Assembly: GCA_963728565.1 (NCBI GenBank)
Contig: CAVSLC010000013.1
Span: forward strand, 32,001-96,000
From: an uncultured delta proteobacterium
GTDB lineage: Bacteria; Desulfobacterota; Binatia; UBA9968
DNA length: 64,000 bases
Direction: 5' to 3'
This document shows, one piece after another, positions 50,111 to 59,358 of this stretch. The position numbers and the translations under genes are program-made. Every line of letters starts with the position of its first letter. The stretch's first letter is position 1. The notes under the pieces are model-generated. The model did not search any database. It was not told the DNA's origin and was given only the letters and a program-made list of their open reading frames with translations.

Positions 50111-50154
50111 CCGAACAATGCCGGCTTTGTGGGTCCCGCGTGACCGTCATGATC

Positions 50155-52089
50155 TCAGTCCTTCCAAAGATTGTTGGCGGCGTACTTGAGAATGACGTCG
50201 ACGCAACTCGGGCAGTAGCCGTTCTCGAGCAGATTCTTGACCATAACGTTATACTTTTCAGATTGTTCCTCGTCACGCATCCGTGATTTCGTAATAACGC
50301 GGCTGAGATCTCGCACCGAGGTGATGAGCTTTTTCTCGATAGCCTCCTTTAATGGTTCATAGCTTCTGTAATCGATTTTTTCGCCGCGTCGGTTTGCCGC
50401 CCAAAGATAAGCGATGACTTCTTGACGGAAACCGTCGGCGGCAGAGCCGATGATCGCGATCTGTTCCTCTATAGACTTCATAAAGCTCTCGTCAGGCGAG
50501 AGCTCTTCCTTGGTGTTTCGGTCTTTGACCTTGCTTTTGTTGACATAGGCTTCAGCATGATCCAGATAGTTCTGGAAAAGCGCTTCAGCTTGTTCCTGAT
50601 AGGAGTATACGAAGGCGCGGGTAATCTCTTTCTCTAAGATCTCCAGATATTCCTTGTGCAGCGCATCCTGCAACAATTCGAGGTACTGCTTCCTGGTATC
50701 GTCGGGAAGATCGGCTTCCTTCACCATATTGATCAATGCCTCGCGCACGTTGATTGGATTGATGCAGTTTCCGGTAGTGTTATCCGATAAGGCGTTGTCC
50801 AAAGCTTTCATGATGAATCGCGTCGAGATGCCGGACAGACCTTCTCGCTTGACGCCTTCTTTGAGCTCCTGAACGTCGACCTTTTTGCTTCGGCCTTTTT
50901 CGACGACCTCTTCACCATTGTAGAGGCGCAACTTCGTCATCAGATCGCATTTGTTGGTCGGCTCTAGACGCGAAAGGATAGCAAACATCGAGGCCATCTC
51001 CAGGGTGTGAGGGGCGACATGAGCGCGAAAATCCGAGTGGCGGATGATTTTTTGGTAGATCTTCACTTCCTCTGAGAGCCGCAAATTATAAGGCACCCGG
51101 ATAACCACGATACGATCGAGAATCGCTTCATTGGTGTGGTCGGCCTTGAACTTCTGCCATTCGGCCTCGTTGGAATGAGCGATGATAACCGTGTCGACGT
51201 AAACCAATCCATGCCGTCCGGGAGCCGGCACAACTTTCTCCTGAGTCGCGGTGATCATGCAGTGGAGATATTCGATCTCGTTCTTGAACACTTCTATGAA
51301 CTCGACCATTCCTCGGTTGCCGACGTTCAAAGCACCATTTAGCTCAAGAACGCGCGGGTCTCCTTCAGAATAAAGATCCAGCTTGGAGATATCCTCGCTG
51401 CCGATGAGCACCGAAGTATCCTGATTGTTCGGATCCACCGGCGGGACAACGCCGATACCGACACGCGAGCGCTTGGAAAACTCGATAGTGGAAACCGGAA
51501 ACTCTTCGTACTTTCCGGCGTACTCGTGTTGTAGCTTGAACCGGCAGACTGGGCAGAGATCGCCTTCAATGTGCACTCCCAGCATCTTTTCAAACTCTTT
51601 GCGCAGGTGGCGGGGAATCAAATGAAGAGGCTCTTCGAACATCGGGCAACCTTCGATAGCGTAAAAGGGCGGGCTTTCTTCGAGACCCCGATGAAGTTTT
51701 TCGACCAGCGAGCTCTTACCCGAACCCACCGGTCCCATGAGGTAGAGGACTTGGCGGCTTTCTTCGCCCTTGAGCGAAGCCGCGTGGAAATACCGAACAA
51801 TTTGCGAAATGGTCTTTTCGATGCCGAAGAACTCGTCGGCGAAGAAGTCGTAAACTTTTATCGATTCGTCTTTGTAAATGCGTTTGCCGTGTGGATCGTC
51901 GTCTACGTTGATATCTCTGACTCCGGCTTTTATGAGTACGTCATACAGTCGCGCATGAGCCAGCCTAGCCACGCTCGGATCCTCTTTGACTTTATCGAGA
52001 TATCCGAGCAGATTTCCGCGCCATGATTGGCTTTGGTGCAGATCTCTATCCTTTTGAATGAGTGCTTGGAATTCTTTGTTATGGTCCAT
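50155..52089 (-). CDS. prkA: PrkA/YeaG family serine protein kinase / AAA ATPase
   Basis: FFG.E, GPVGSGKSS, CPM.EEPL, NRG..EF.EVFK and NEA..DR motifs. Confidence 0.93.
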   Translation of the reverse strand: MDHNKEFQALIQKDRDLHQSQSWRGNLLGYLDKVKEDPSVARLAHARLYDVLIKAGVRDINVDDDPHGKRIYKDESIKVYDFFADEFFGIEKTISQIVRYFHAASLKGEESRQVLYLMGPVGSGKSSLVEKLHRGLEESPPFYAIEGCPMFEEPLHLIPRHLRKEFEKMLGVHIEGDLCPVCRFKLQHEYAGKYEEFPVSTIEFSKRSRVGIGVVPPVDPNNQDTSVLIGSEDISKLDLYSEGDPRVLELNGALNVGNRGMVEFIEVFKNEIEYLHCMITATQEKVVPAPGRHGLVYVDTVIIAHSNEAEWQKFKADHTNEAILDRIVVIRVPYNLRLSEEVKIYQKIIRHSDFRAHVAPHTLEMASMFAILSRLEPTNKCDLMTKLRLYNGEEVVEKGRSKKVDVQELKEGVKREGLSGISTRFIMKALDNALSDNTTGNCINPINVREALINMVKEADLPDDTRKQYLELLQDALHKEYLEILEKEITRAFVYSYQEQAEALFQNYLDHAEAYVNKSKVKDRNTKEELSPDESFMKSIEEQIAIIGSAADGFRQEVIAYLWAANRRGEKIDYRSYEPLKEAIEKKLITSVRDLSRVITKSRMRDEEQSEKYNVMVKNLLENGYCPSCVDVILKYAANNLWKD

Positions 52090-52552
52090 GCCAGAAGCTC
52101 CCCTTTCTGGAGAAAAGTTTATCGCGCGGATTTAGCGACGATGTTGGTAGAGATAAGCGGCCAAAATTGACGATGGATGAAAAAGACCTGTAGCCAGGCT
52201 GTAGGATAGGCGCAGAGAGCAGAAACGATTTTTCCCAGACGTGCTTCACGTTAGGCCGAAAGCTGGAAATACGTGTGCGGTATTGCGCTGAGGGCTGTAA
52301 AGCGAGAACCGGGAAAAGTTAATGGCTTGCAATCGACCTCCGTTAACCCAACGTGCTGGTCTTCTCAGCCCATGCTCTTTAACTTAGACGAGGCCAAAGA
52401 GCAGTTTCTTCATTCTTACCCGCTGCTTACACTCAACATTGAAGCGCCGTTTGCCCGCAATGTCAAGGTTATAATGGGAATGCTGCGCGCATAGTCGACC
52501 TTCAACGCGATCTGTTATCATCCAACGCGCGATCTGCTAGCTTTACGCTGGC

Positions 52553-53095
52553 ATGAAAAAGACGACTGGTATGAAACCTGAACAATTGATGATTCAACCC
52601 GGCCTTCGTTGGTATGCAATTCAGACTAAAGGGAACAAGGAAAAAGAGGTAGCCAAGAGGCTGACGGATTTGAAGTTTGAAATGTTTCTGCCTTGGCTGC
52701 GCGATCGCCGGCGCATCGGCAGCAAATATCATTGGGTGCTGGTGCCGTTGTTTCCAGGTTATTTATTTTGCCGCTTGGATGTAGTCGTATCGGGAAAGAC
52801 CGCGCGTTACTCGCCCGGCGTGAAAGATTTCCTAAGATTTGGCAACGAAATAACCGAGATTCCCAACGATATCATTGTCGCATTAAAGGAGCGCTGCCCG
52901 GATGGCATCGCAGCCGTCAATCCGGTGTCCCTGGCCGCCGGCGACTCGGTCAGCATCAACGAAGGACCTTTTGCCGGTCTTCAGGCGATCTTTGAGAAGA
53001 AGATGAAGGGCAGCGAGCGGGTTGCCGTGTTACTAGAGCTTCTCGGCCGGCAAACACGACTCATCCTGCCCAGCGAAACCGTTACCAGACTTTGA
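52553..53095 (+). CDS. NusG paralog antiterminator (RfaH-like)
   Basis: WYAIQTK...E, PLFPGYLF, PGV..F..FG and KOW motif GDSVSINEGPFAGL...RV.VLLELLGR. Confidence 0.88.
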   Translation: MKKTTGMKPEQLMIQPGLRWYAIQTKGNKEKEVAKRLTDLKFEMFLPWLRDRRRIGSKYHWVLVPLFPGYLFCRLDVVVSGKTARYSPGVKDFLRFGNEITEIPNDIIVALKERCPDGIAAVNPVSLAAGDSVSINEGPFAGLQAIFEKKMKGSERVAVLLELLGRQTRLILPSETVTRL

Positions 53096-53246
53096 CCCGT
53101 CCCGGTCGCTAAGTGACGCAACGCCACTCGCAGTCGAAACTCACCACTAATGAATCGCCGGCGCAGAACAGTCGCCACCTTGACATGCCCCGAGCGCTAT
53201 TGATAAATGCCAGGCGCTCCAAGGCATACTTCACGGGGAGGACGAG

Positions 53247-55772
53247 ATGCGTCATCAAGGTTGGCACCGGCGAGGGCTGCTGGTTATCTTTGCGGTTTTC
53301 GCATTTCTCATAGTAAGCGGAACAGTGCTTTCCTCTCTCCAGTGGATTCACAAACCGTTTCCCGGGTTCTTCTTGCATGAAAATCTAACCGTCGGGCCGT
53401 ACTCTTTGCCCCATTGGACCGGCGGTGTTTCAGGGCTTCGATCTCTGGATCTCATCATCAAGATCGATGACAGCCCGATAGGCGGGCGCGCCGAGCTCTA
53501 CGAGCGCGTGCGCAACCTTCCGGTAGGCACCGCTTTGACTTATACAATCGGTCGGCGTTCACACACTGTCGAATTAACCATTCCCAACATGATGTTCACC
53601 TGGCAAGACTGGTTTTTAAGTTTTGGGGTTTACGTCTTCACCGGATTGGCATTCTTGTTAATCGGTGTGGCGCCTTATTGTTTTCGAGCAAACTCGCCGG
53701 CAGCTTTGCCACTGTCCTTCATGGTGATCGCCGTGTTCGTTTGGTTTGAAAGCACCTTCGATTTCATGACGGATGGGTTTGTTCCGAAGGAGATGCGCCT
53801 ATTTGGCATGATTCTCACGCCGAGCGCGGGCATACATTTAGCCCTACTCCTGAAGCAAGGACGGCCTGTACGATACAAAAATCCCGTTCTCCTGGTATTC
53901 ATCTATGGAACGGCCGTGGCACTCGGCGCGTTGAACAGTCTCACCTTCCATGGACCGCCCGAACTATGGATCGACATATTTCGCATTAATTATATTTATA
54001 CCTGTATCGGAGCTTTAGCCTTCCTGACGATTGTCGGCTCGGCGTTGAGGAAGACCGCTACGGCTCTGGAGCGCTCGCGTTTGCGGGTAATGTTCGTCGG
54101 CGCGGTTCTTGGTTTTCTACTGCCTACCATCGCTACTGTGTTAACCAGCACGTTCCAATGGGCGATACCTTATAACCTGGCAATGATCTCAACGGTATTT
54201 TTTCCCCTATCGGTCGCTTATGCGCTTTTAAAATACAGCTTGTTCGATCTGGGTAACACGCTCAAGGCAGGACTCACCCGACTATCATTGATGGTGTTCC
54301 TCTTGGCGCTTTATGCGGCTATCTTTTTCCTCGTTGGACCGTCGGTCGGAATCTACGACAAGGATCCGCTGACGCCGCTGTTTTTCTCGATACTGGTGGT
54401 TCTGATCTTCAATCCGGTGCTACGCGGCATCGAAGCGCTTGTCGATCGTTATATTTACCGACAGGAGTATGATCCGGTAAAGGCACATCGCGACATCAGT
54501 TTATTTCTCCGGTCACTTACAACTGCTCGGATACTCGCGAACGGATTTTTAGAGCGGGTTACCTCAACACTGGGCATCGAGAAGGCCGTCTTGATTTACC
54601 GTTCCCCTGCCACGAAAAATGCTTTAACCGCTGCAACCGATGGAATGGAAGTAAATTTTATCCCGATTCTTGATTGCGCACGCGTTTTGTGGAGAGCTGA
54701 GCACGTAGCGGGGTTTAGAGGGTTGTCCCGCGGCGAAGTCCTGGCAAATCCGGTCTTTGAACCGGAGCGCAAAGAGTGGTTGGCTATGTTCGAGCCTCTC
54801 GGTTCTGAACTTATGATACCGATTGTCTTTGAACAGGAGGTGCGCGGCTTAGTTTCTTATTCGGTGAAAAGAGGGGGGAGGGACTATCGCGGGGATGACT
54901 TGAGCCTATTGGGCACTCTGACTGAGCAGTTGGCCCTCTCATTGGAAAACGGCATAAGGTATGAACAGTCGGAAAAAGCCAAAGACGAGTACCACCGGCT
55001 TTATGATGAGGCGGAGCGCGCCAAACGGAAGTTGATCGACAATGATCGCATTAAGAAGGATTTTGTCGCTAACATCTGTCATGAACTACGCACGCCGGTC
55101 AGTACCCTGATAGGTTTTAGCGAGATCCTCCTCAACCGCGAACTTCCAGTTGAAACACGCGATATCCTGAAGACAATGTTGAGCAATGGACAAGATCTAT
55201 CGAATATGATGGATGGCCTACTGAACTTCTCCCGAATGGAGGCCGATGCCGAGCCGAACAGTTTCGAGCACATCAATGTAAAAGATCTAGTGGGCGGGCT
55301 GGAGCTTGTGACACAGAGACTTATCCGCGGCCGCCCCATTCAATTTAGAATCAACATCGAAGACGCCATCGAGACCATCAACAGCGATCCGAGAAAACTT
55401 CAGCAGATACTGCTTCAGCTGTTAACCAACGCGCTTAAGTTTACTGAAAAGGGAGCGGTTGAAGTTCGGATCGCAACTATCTACGTTCAAAGCGGCCGAT
55501 TGTTGGAAATCGCTGTGTCAGATACCGGAATCGGTATAGATAAGAACGATCAGGACATCATCTTCGAAGGATTTCGCCAGTTGGACGGATCATCGAGCCG
55601 CCGTTTCGGCGGCACTGGAGTGGGCTTGAGCCTATGCAGCAAGCTTGCTGCAGCGCTCGGCGGTAAGATCAGTGTGAAGAGCGAACTCGGTTCGGGAAGT
55701 GTCTTTAGTGTATTTCTACCCCTCACAGTTGCCGAAGAACATTCGCAACCAAGTCAGGGCTCAGCGTGTTAA
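53247..55772 (+). CDS. Membrane sensor histidine kinase (PDZ-like, multi-TM, GAF-like, HisKA/HATPase)
   Basis: H box HELRTP, N box LLTNALKFT, and G boxes DTGIGI and GGTGVGL. Confidence 0.9.
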   Translation: MRHQGWHRRGLLVIFAVFAFLIVSGTVLSSLQWIHKPFPGFFLHENLTVGPYSLPHWTGGVSGLRSLDLIIKIDDSPIGGRAELYERVRNLPVGTALTYTIGRRSHTVELTIPNMMFTWQDWFLSFGVYVFTGLAFLLIGVAPYCFRANSPAALPLSFMVIAVFVWFESTFDFMTDGFVPKEMRLFGMILTPSAGIHLALLLKQGRPVRYKNPVLLVFIYGTAVALGALNSLTFHGPPELWIDIFRINYIYTCIGALAFLTIVGSALRKTATALERSRLRVMFVGAVLGFLLPTIATVLTSTFQWAIPYNLAMISTVFFPLSVAYALLKYSLFDLGNTLKAGLTRLSLMVFLLALYAAIFFLVGPSVGIYDKDPLTPLFFSILVVLIFNPVLRGIEALVDRYIYRQEYDPVKAHRDISLFLRSLTTARILANGFLERVTSTLGIEKAVLIYRSPATKNALTAATDGMEVNFIPILDCARVLWRAEHVAGFRGLSRGEVLANPVFEPERKEWLAMFEPLGSELMIPIVFEQEVRGLVSYSVKRGGRDYRGDDLSLLGTLTEQLALSLENGIRYEQSEKAKDEYHRLYDEAERAKRKLIDNDRIKKDFVANICHELRTPVSTLIGFSEILLNRELPVETRDILKTMLSNGQDLSNMMDGLLNFSRMEADAEPNSFEHINVKDLVGGLELVTQRLIRGRPIQFRINIEDAIETINSDPRKLQQILLQLLTNALKFTEKGAVEVRIATIYVQSGRLLEIAVSDTGIGIDKNDQDIIFEGFRQLDGSSSRRFGGTGVGLSLCSKLAAALGGKISVKSELGSGSVFSVFLPLTVAEEHSQPSQGSAC

Positions 55773-55834
55773 TGTGATTACGAGGTTTACGCGATTGACT
55801 CATGTGAGGCCCTTAGGTAGCTAAGAAAACCACG

Positions 55835-56497
55835 ATGACAGGTAAAGTGATGACGGGCAAAGATTTCGTCGCGGAATTGCTGGTGATGGTGGATGATTTC
55901 TGCCGAACTCTGGAGACGCAGCCGCCAGCCTACAGCTACATTCCGCTCACGAGCGACGAAGAACGCATTCGGGTGATGAAGAGCCGCCTGCATAACGAAG
56001 TGCGCGCGGCCGAACTGTTTGGAACGTGGCTCAAGACAACTCCCGAGCTTGAAGTCAAAGCCATAATGGCCGAATCGGCGCATGAGGAAATGGAGCACGC
56101 GGAACTGCTGTCAAGTCGGATCACCGATCTCGGTTTCGAGCCCTTTGATTATCAACCGTTGCCTGCTCAGACGGCGATGTTTAATGCGATCGAGGGACTC
56201 ACCGACACATGTCAACGTATGGCTGGATTTTCACTGGCCGGGGAAGCCGTGGCAACTTACCTGACCCAGAAGAGTTTACAAGCTTCTACAGTTCCCGACT
56301 GGATCAAACAACCCTATCGAAAAATTGCCCAGGATGAAGAAGGGCACGGTAGCATCCCACAGGAAATTCTGCAGCGTTACGCGATCACTGGAGAGCGTCA
56401 GGAAGGAGCGCGCCGGGCAGTGGCTATGCGGCTGGTGTTATTTCGTGAATACCTGAACAGCCTGGACCGTTGGGCAATGGGCAAAGATCGATGGTGA
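55835..56497 (+). CDS. Ferritin-like domain protein
   Basis: Di-iron type pattern NE...AAE, EEMEH, GE and DEEGH. Confidence 0.75.
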   Translation: MTGKVMTGKDFVAELLVMVDDFCRTLETQPPAYSYIPLTSDEERIRVMKSRLHNEVRAAELFGTWLKTTPELEVKAIMAESAHEEMEHAELLSSRITDLGFEPFDYQPLPAQTAMFNAIEGLTDTCQRMAGFSLAGEAVATYLTQKSLQASTVPDWIKQPYRKIAQDEEGHGSIPQEILQRYAITGERQEGARRAVAMRLVLFREYLNSLDRWAMGKDRW

Positions 56498-56502
56498 CTC
56501 GG

Positions 56503-56829
56503 CTATTCCTCGTTCTGAACGGTTTCGCATCTAGGACAGACGAGCGGCGATGGTCCGAGTAAGATTGACCAGCCACAGTCCCTGCAGGTTGTTACCGGTT
56601 CTCCCAGCATGCCACGAACCGCGGCGCCGCAACGCTTCGCCCCGCAGGGGCCCGTTCCGATACCGGTACGCTTACTAACCATCTCGAAGGTCTTTGCACC
56701 GGCTTGAATGGCTTTCACCACGATGCCTTTACGTATTTTATTGCACAGACAAATCGGGCGAAGATTATCTATGATAGCCTGTTTTTTGGCCTCGTTATCA
56801 AGTTCGTTGATAGCATCACTCCCTTCCAA
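56503..56829 (-). CDS. BFD-like (2Fe-2S) protein with C-terminal Zn-ribbon/rubredoxin-like knuckles
   Basis: ICLCNKI...GTGPCGAKRC followed by CRDC...CPRC. Confidence 0.75.
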   Translation of the reverse strand: MEGSDAINELDNEAKKQAIIDNLRPICLCNKIRKGIVVKAIQAGAKTFEMVSKRTGIGTGPCGAKRCGAAVRGMLGEPVTTCRDCGWSILLGPSPLVCPRCETVQNEE

Positions 56830-56836
56830 TCACATT

Positions 56837-57850
56837 CTAGCACGAATTCTTAACGCCTGCCTCCTTACTGGCAATTATCAGAGACGAGTTCAGCGGCGCG
56901 GGCAAGTCTATCTGCCTGATGTGCGTCAGACCCGCTGCCAACATCCAAGCCGTCACTTCGTCCGCTGCGTAGCAACGTCCTGCTACGGTGGTTAGCAGCA
57001 TCAGCAAACTAAAAAGGGCGCCGACTGGGGGGTTGGCGCGTGTGCTATCTAGAATATGATCCTTGACGATAATGCTGCCGCCGGGTTTTAGCACCGAGCT
57101 AAGATCGACCATGAGCCGTTGGTTTACTTCAAAGCTTTCGCTGTGAATGATATTGGAAAGAAAAATCACATCGTAGCTGCCGGGAATTTCGTCAACACGG
57201 TAATCACCGCTGATCAGACGGATTCGACTGCTTAGACCGGCCTCCCGGACGTAACATTCAGTGAGTGCGAGAGTCGCCGGCAAGTCGAAAATGGTCGCGC
57301 GCAGATTCGAAAATCTCTGACAAAGCGAGATCGGATAGGTGGCTGGTCCCGAACCGACATCGAGAAGCTCGTGAGCATTGTCCCAGTCGAAGGCTTCGGC
57401 CATGATCTCCGCATCGCCGCGCGCCTTGACCAGGGAATCCATAGCATCGATGAAAATCGCGGTCTCCGTCGGATTCTCTTGATACATATCCGCCGGGCGA
57501 ACAGGTCGGCCATTGCGGATAGCCTCGGTCAACGATGCCCAACAATGCCATAGGGAGGCTTCGAAACGAATCATGCCGCCGAGATAGCCGGGAGCACCTC
57601 GTTTAAGATACCTTGCCGATAAATCCGTGAGTGAAAATCGGTCTTCGCCTTTGCGCAATAAACCTAGAGCTGTCAAAGCATTGAGCATCAACTCGGTAGC
57701 GCGAGGTTCTAGATCTAGTGAGGCGGCAATGCTCGCCGCTTCCAAGGCATGGCTTCCCACGATGTCGAAAATCTCCAGCTCCACCGCCGTCTGGACTATT
57801 CGGGCTTCGACATGGCCGCCGGCTAATTTCATTAGATCCGAATATTCCAT
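56837..57850 (-). CDS. SAM-dependent O-methyltransferase (methyltransf_2 with dimerisation domain)
   Basis: TAVELEIFD, LLDVGSGP, FDLP, GDY and SNIIH motifs. Confidence 0.88.
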   Translation of the reverse strand: MEYSDLMKLAGGHVEARIVQTAVELEIFDIVGSHALEAASIAASLDLEPRATELMLNALTALGLLRKGEDRFSLTDLSARYLKRGAPGYLGGMIRFEASLWHCWASLTEAIRNGRPVRPADMYQENPTETAIFIDAMDSLVKARGDAEIMAEAFDWDNAHELLDVGSGPATYPISLCQRFSNLRATIFDLPATLALTECYVREAGLSSRIRLISGDYRVDEIPGSYDVIFLSNIIHSESFEVNQRLMVDLSSVLKPGGSIIVKDHILDSTRANPPVGALFSLLMLLTTVAGRCYAADEVTAWMLAAGLTHIRQIDLPAPLNSSLIIASKEAGVKNSC

Positions 57851-57858
57851 GCCAGTTC

Positions 57859-59304
57859 TTAGAGGCGTTCAATGATTCGATAGCTTCTGCTTTTCGGTTT
57901 AACAGGCGCTACGATGCCGCTTTTGACCATCAGACGGATATCTCGATAGGCAGTGTCCCGATCGACTTCCGCAATTCTCTCATAGTCGGTGGTCGAGAAA
58001 GTTTTGCCATGACAATAGGCGTAAGCGAGCAGGCGACGCTGTCGCAAGTTGACCGACGACGCGGCGAATTGATTTAGCCAGCGCAAGGTGTCGTCGTCGT
58101 AGACCGGCGCATTTCTAAGCGTAACCGTGAAGATAAACCCATTGGTGGAAAATTCCGGCGGATTTAGCCCGTAGGTTTCCATCTCCTGAAACATTCTCGG
58201 CACTCCTTCGCCCATCTCACGCAGATAACCCATATCAGCTAAGACGCGGACGATGAGCGGGTTGCGGGAGAAGTGAATGCTCTTGTGCTGGCGTATTTGT
58301 TCGAGGCTTACAGGAAGGGGCGGAGGACCGGGGCTTCGCACAGTTATGTGATCGTCAAACATCCAAACCTCGATGGAAGCGCCGCTCAGGGCATAGTCCC
58401 GGTGAGCGACGGCGTTCACAACGGCTTCCTGCCATGCGAAGGTCGGATACTCTAGACGCTCGCGAAAGAAAAGATCATGTAATATGGTTCGCTCGCGAAT
58501 GTGCTCCTTAATCCTCCCAACCGCTTCATCGATTAGGCGGGCCAGCGGCCCGTCGAAACGTAATCGCTTGACGACGTTCAATGCCGCGCCATACTGCCGC
58601 TCGGGGCCTTCATACTTGACGAAGTCAATGCCGCATCTCGGGTGCCAGCGGCTGGGGTCTTTAGCGAACAGCAGCAATGCCGCCATATTTGGAGCGGGAA
58701 GCGCGCGAGAATTGTCAAGCAAATGATAGGACTGAGCGAGGACGCTCTCGGGTTGCCGTGGATCCTGGATTTTATGAAGAAACTCCTGGATAAGGTCCAA
58801 ATCGAGATCCTGCCAAGTCGCATTGAGCGCCTGCTGTCGCTCGTAAAACACCGTCTTCTTGGCTTCTTTTAGCGAATGAATCTGTTCCGATGGCAACGCC
58901 GCGGTTTCCGCCGCTAGTCGGTAGTACGATCGGCCTCCGGCGATCCTATAGATTTCAAGGCTGGAACCGACCTCCAACTTTAGGAGCTGTAGATTGCCTA
59001 CCCAAACTGTTTCTGATGCCGGCCTGAGAGCCGGGCGCAGTAGACTTTGTGGCGCCTGCAGCAATGCGACGAGCTCTTTAGCGTCGTATGGGATTCCGGT
59101 TATGGTTTTATCGGCCTCGACACCCACCAGCAGGGTTCCGCCGTCGGCGTTTGCCATCCCGGAGAGAATACGCGCAACTTCTCGACCGAGCTCTTCTTCC
59201 CTCTTCTTTTGCGGTCCGCCGCGCCGATGTTCGTAGGCGCTCAGGAAATCCAAGAACTGTCCGCGTTCCTGCTGAAGCAGGAGTCCAATTGCATCGGCGT
59301 GCAT
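57859..59304 (-). CDS. AlbA_2/Schlafen-like domain + HATPase_c_4 (RecG C-terminal-like) + HTH protein
   Basis: MANADGGTLLVGV, EAVVNAVAHRDY, SRNP, E.GEGV.RM motifs and a C-terminal TA.RD helix. Confidence 0.8.
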   Translation of the reverse strand: MHADAIGLLLQQERGQFLDFLSAYEHRRGGPQKKREEELGREVARILSGMANADGGTLLVGVEADKTITGIPYDAKELVALLQAPQSLLRPALRPASETVWVGNLQLLKLEVGSSLEIYRIAGGRSYYRLAAETAALPSEQIHSLKEAKKTVFYERQQALNATWQDLDLDLIQEFLHKIQDPRQPESVLAQSYHLLDNSRALPAPNMAALLLFAKDPSRWHPRCGIDFVKYEGPERQYGAALNVVKRLRFDGPLARLIDEAVGRIKEHIRERTILHDLFFRERLEYPTFAWQEAVVNAVAHRDYALSGASIEVWMFDDHITVRSPGPPPLPVSLEQIRQHKSIHFSRNPLIVRVLADMGYLREMGEGVPRMFQEMETYGLNPPEFSTNGFIFTVTLRNAPVYDDDTLRWLNQFAASSVNLRQRRLLAYAYCHGKTFSTTDYERIAEVDRDTAYRDIRLMVKSGIVAPVKPKSRSYRIIERL

Positions 59305-59358
59305 AGCGCAAGCTTTAGAGCTGAAACTCACTGGGTCGTGCCGGGTTGCGCATCCGTT

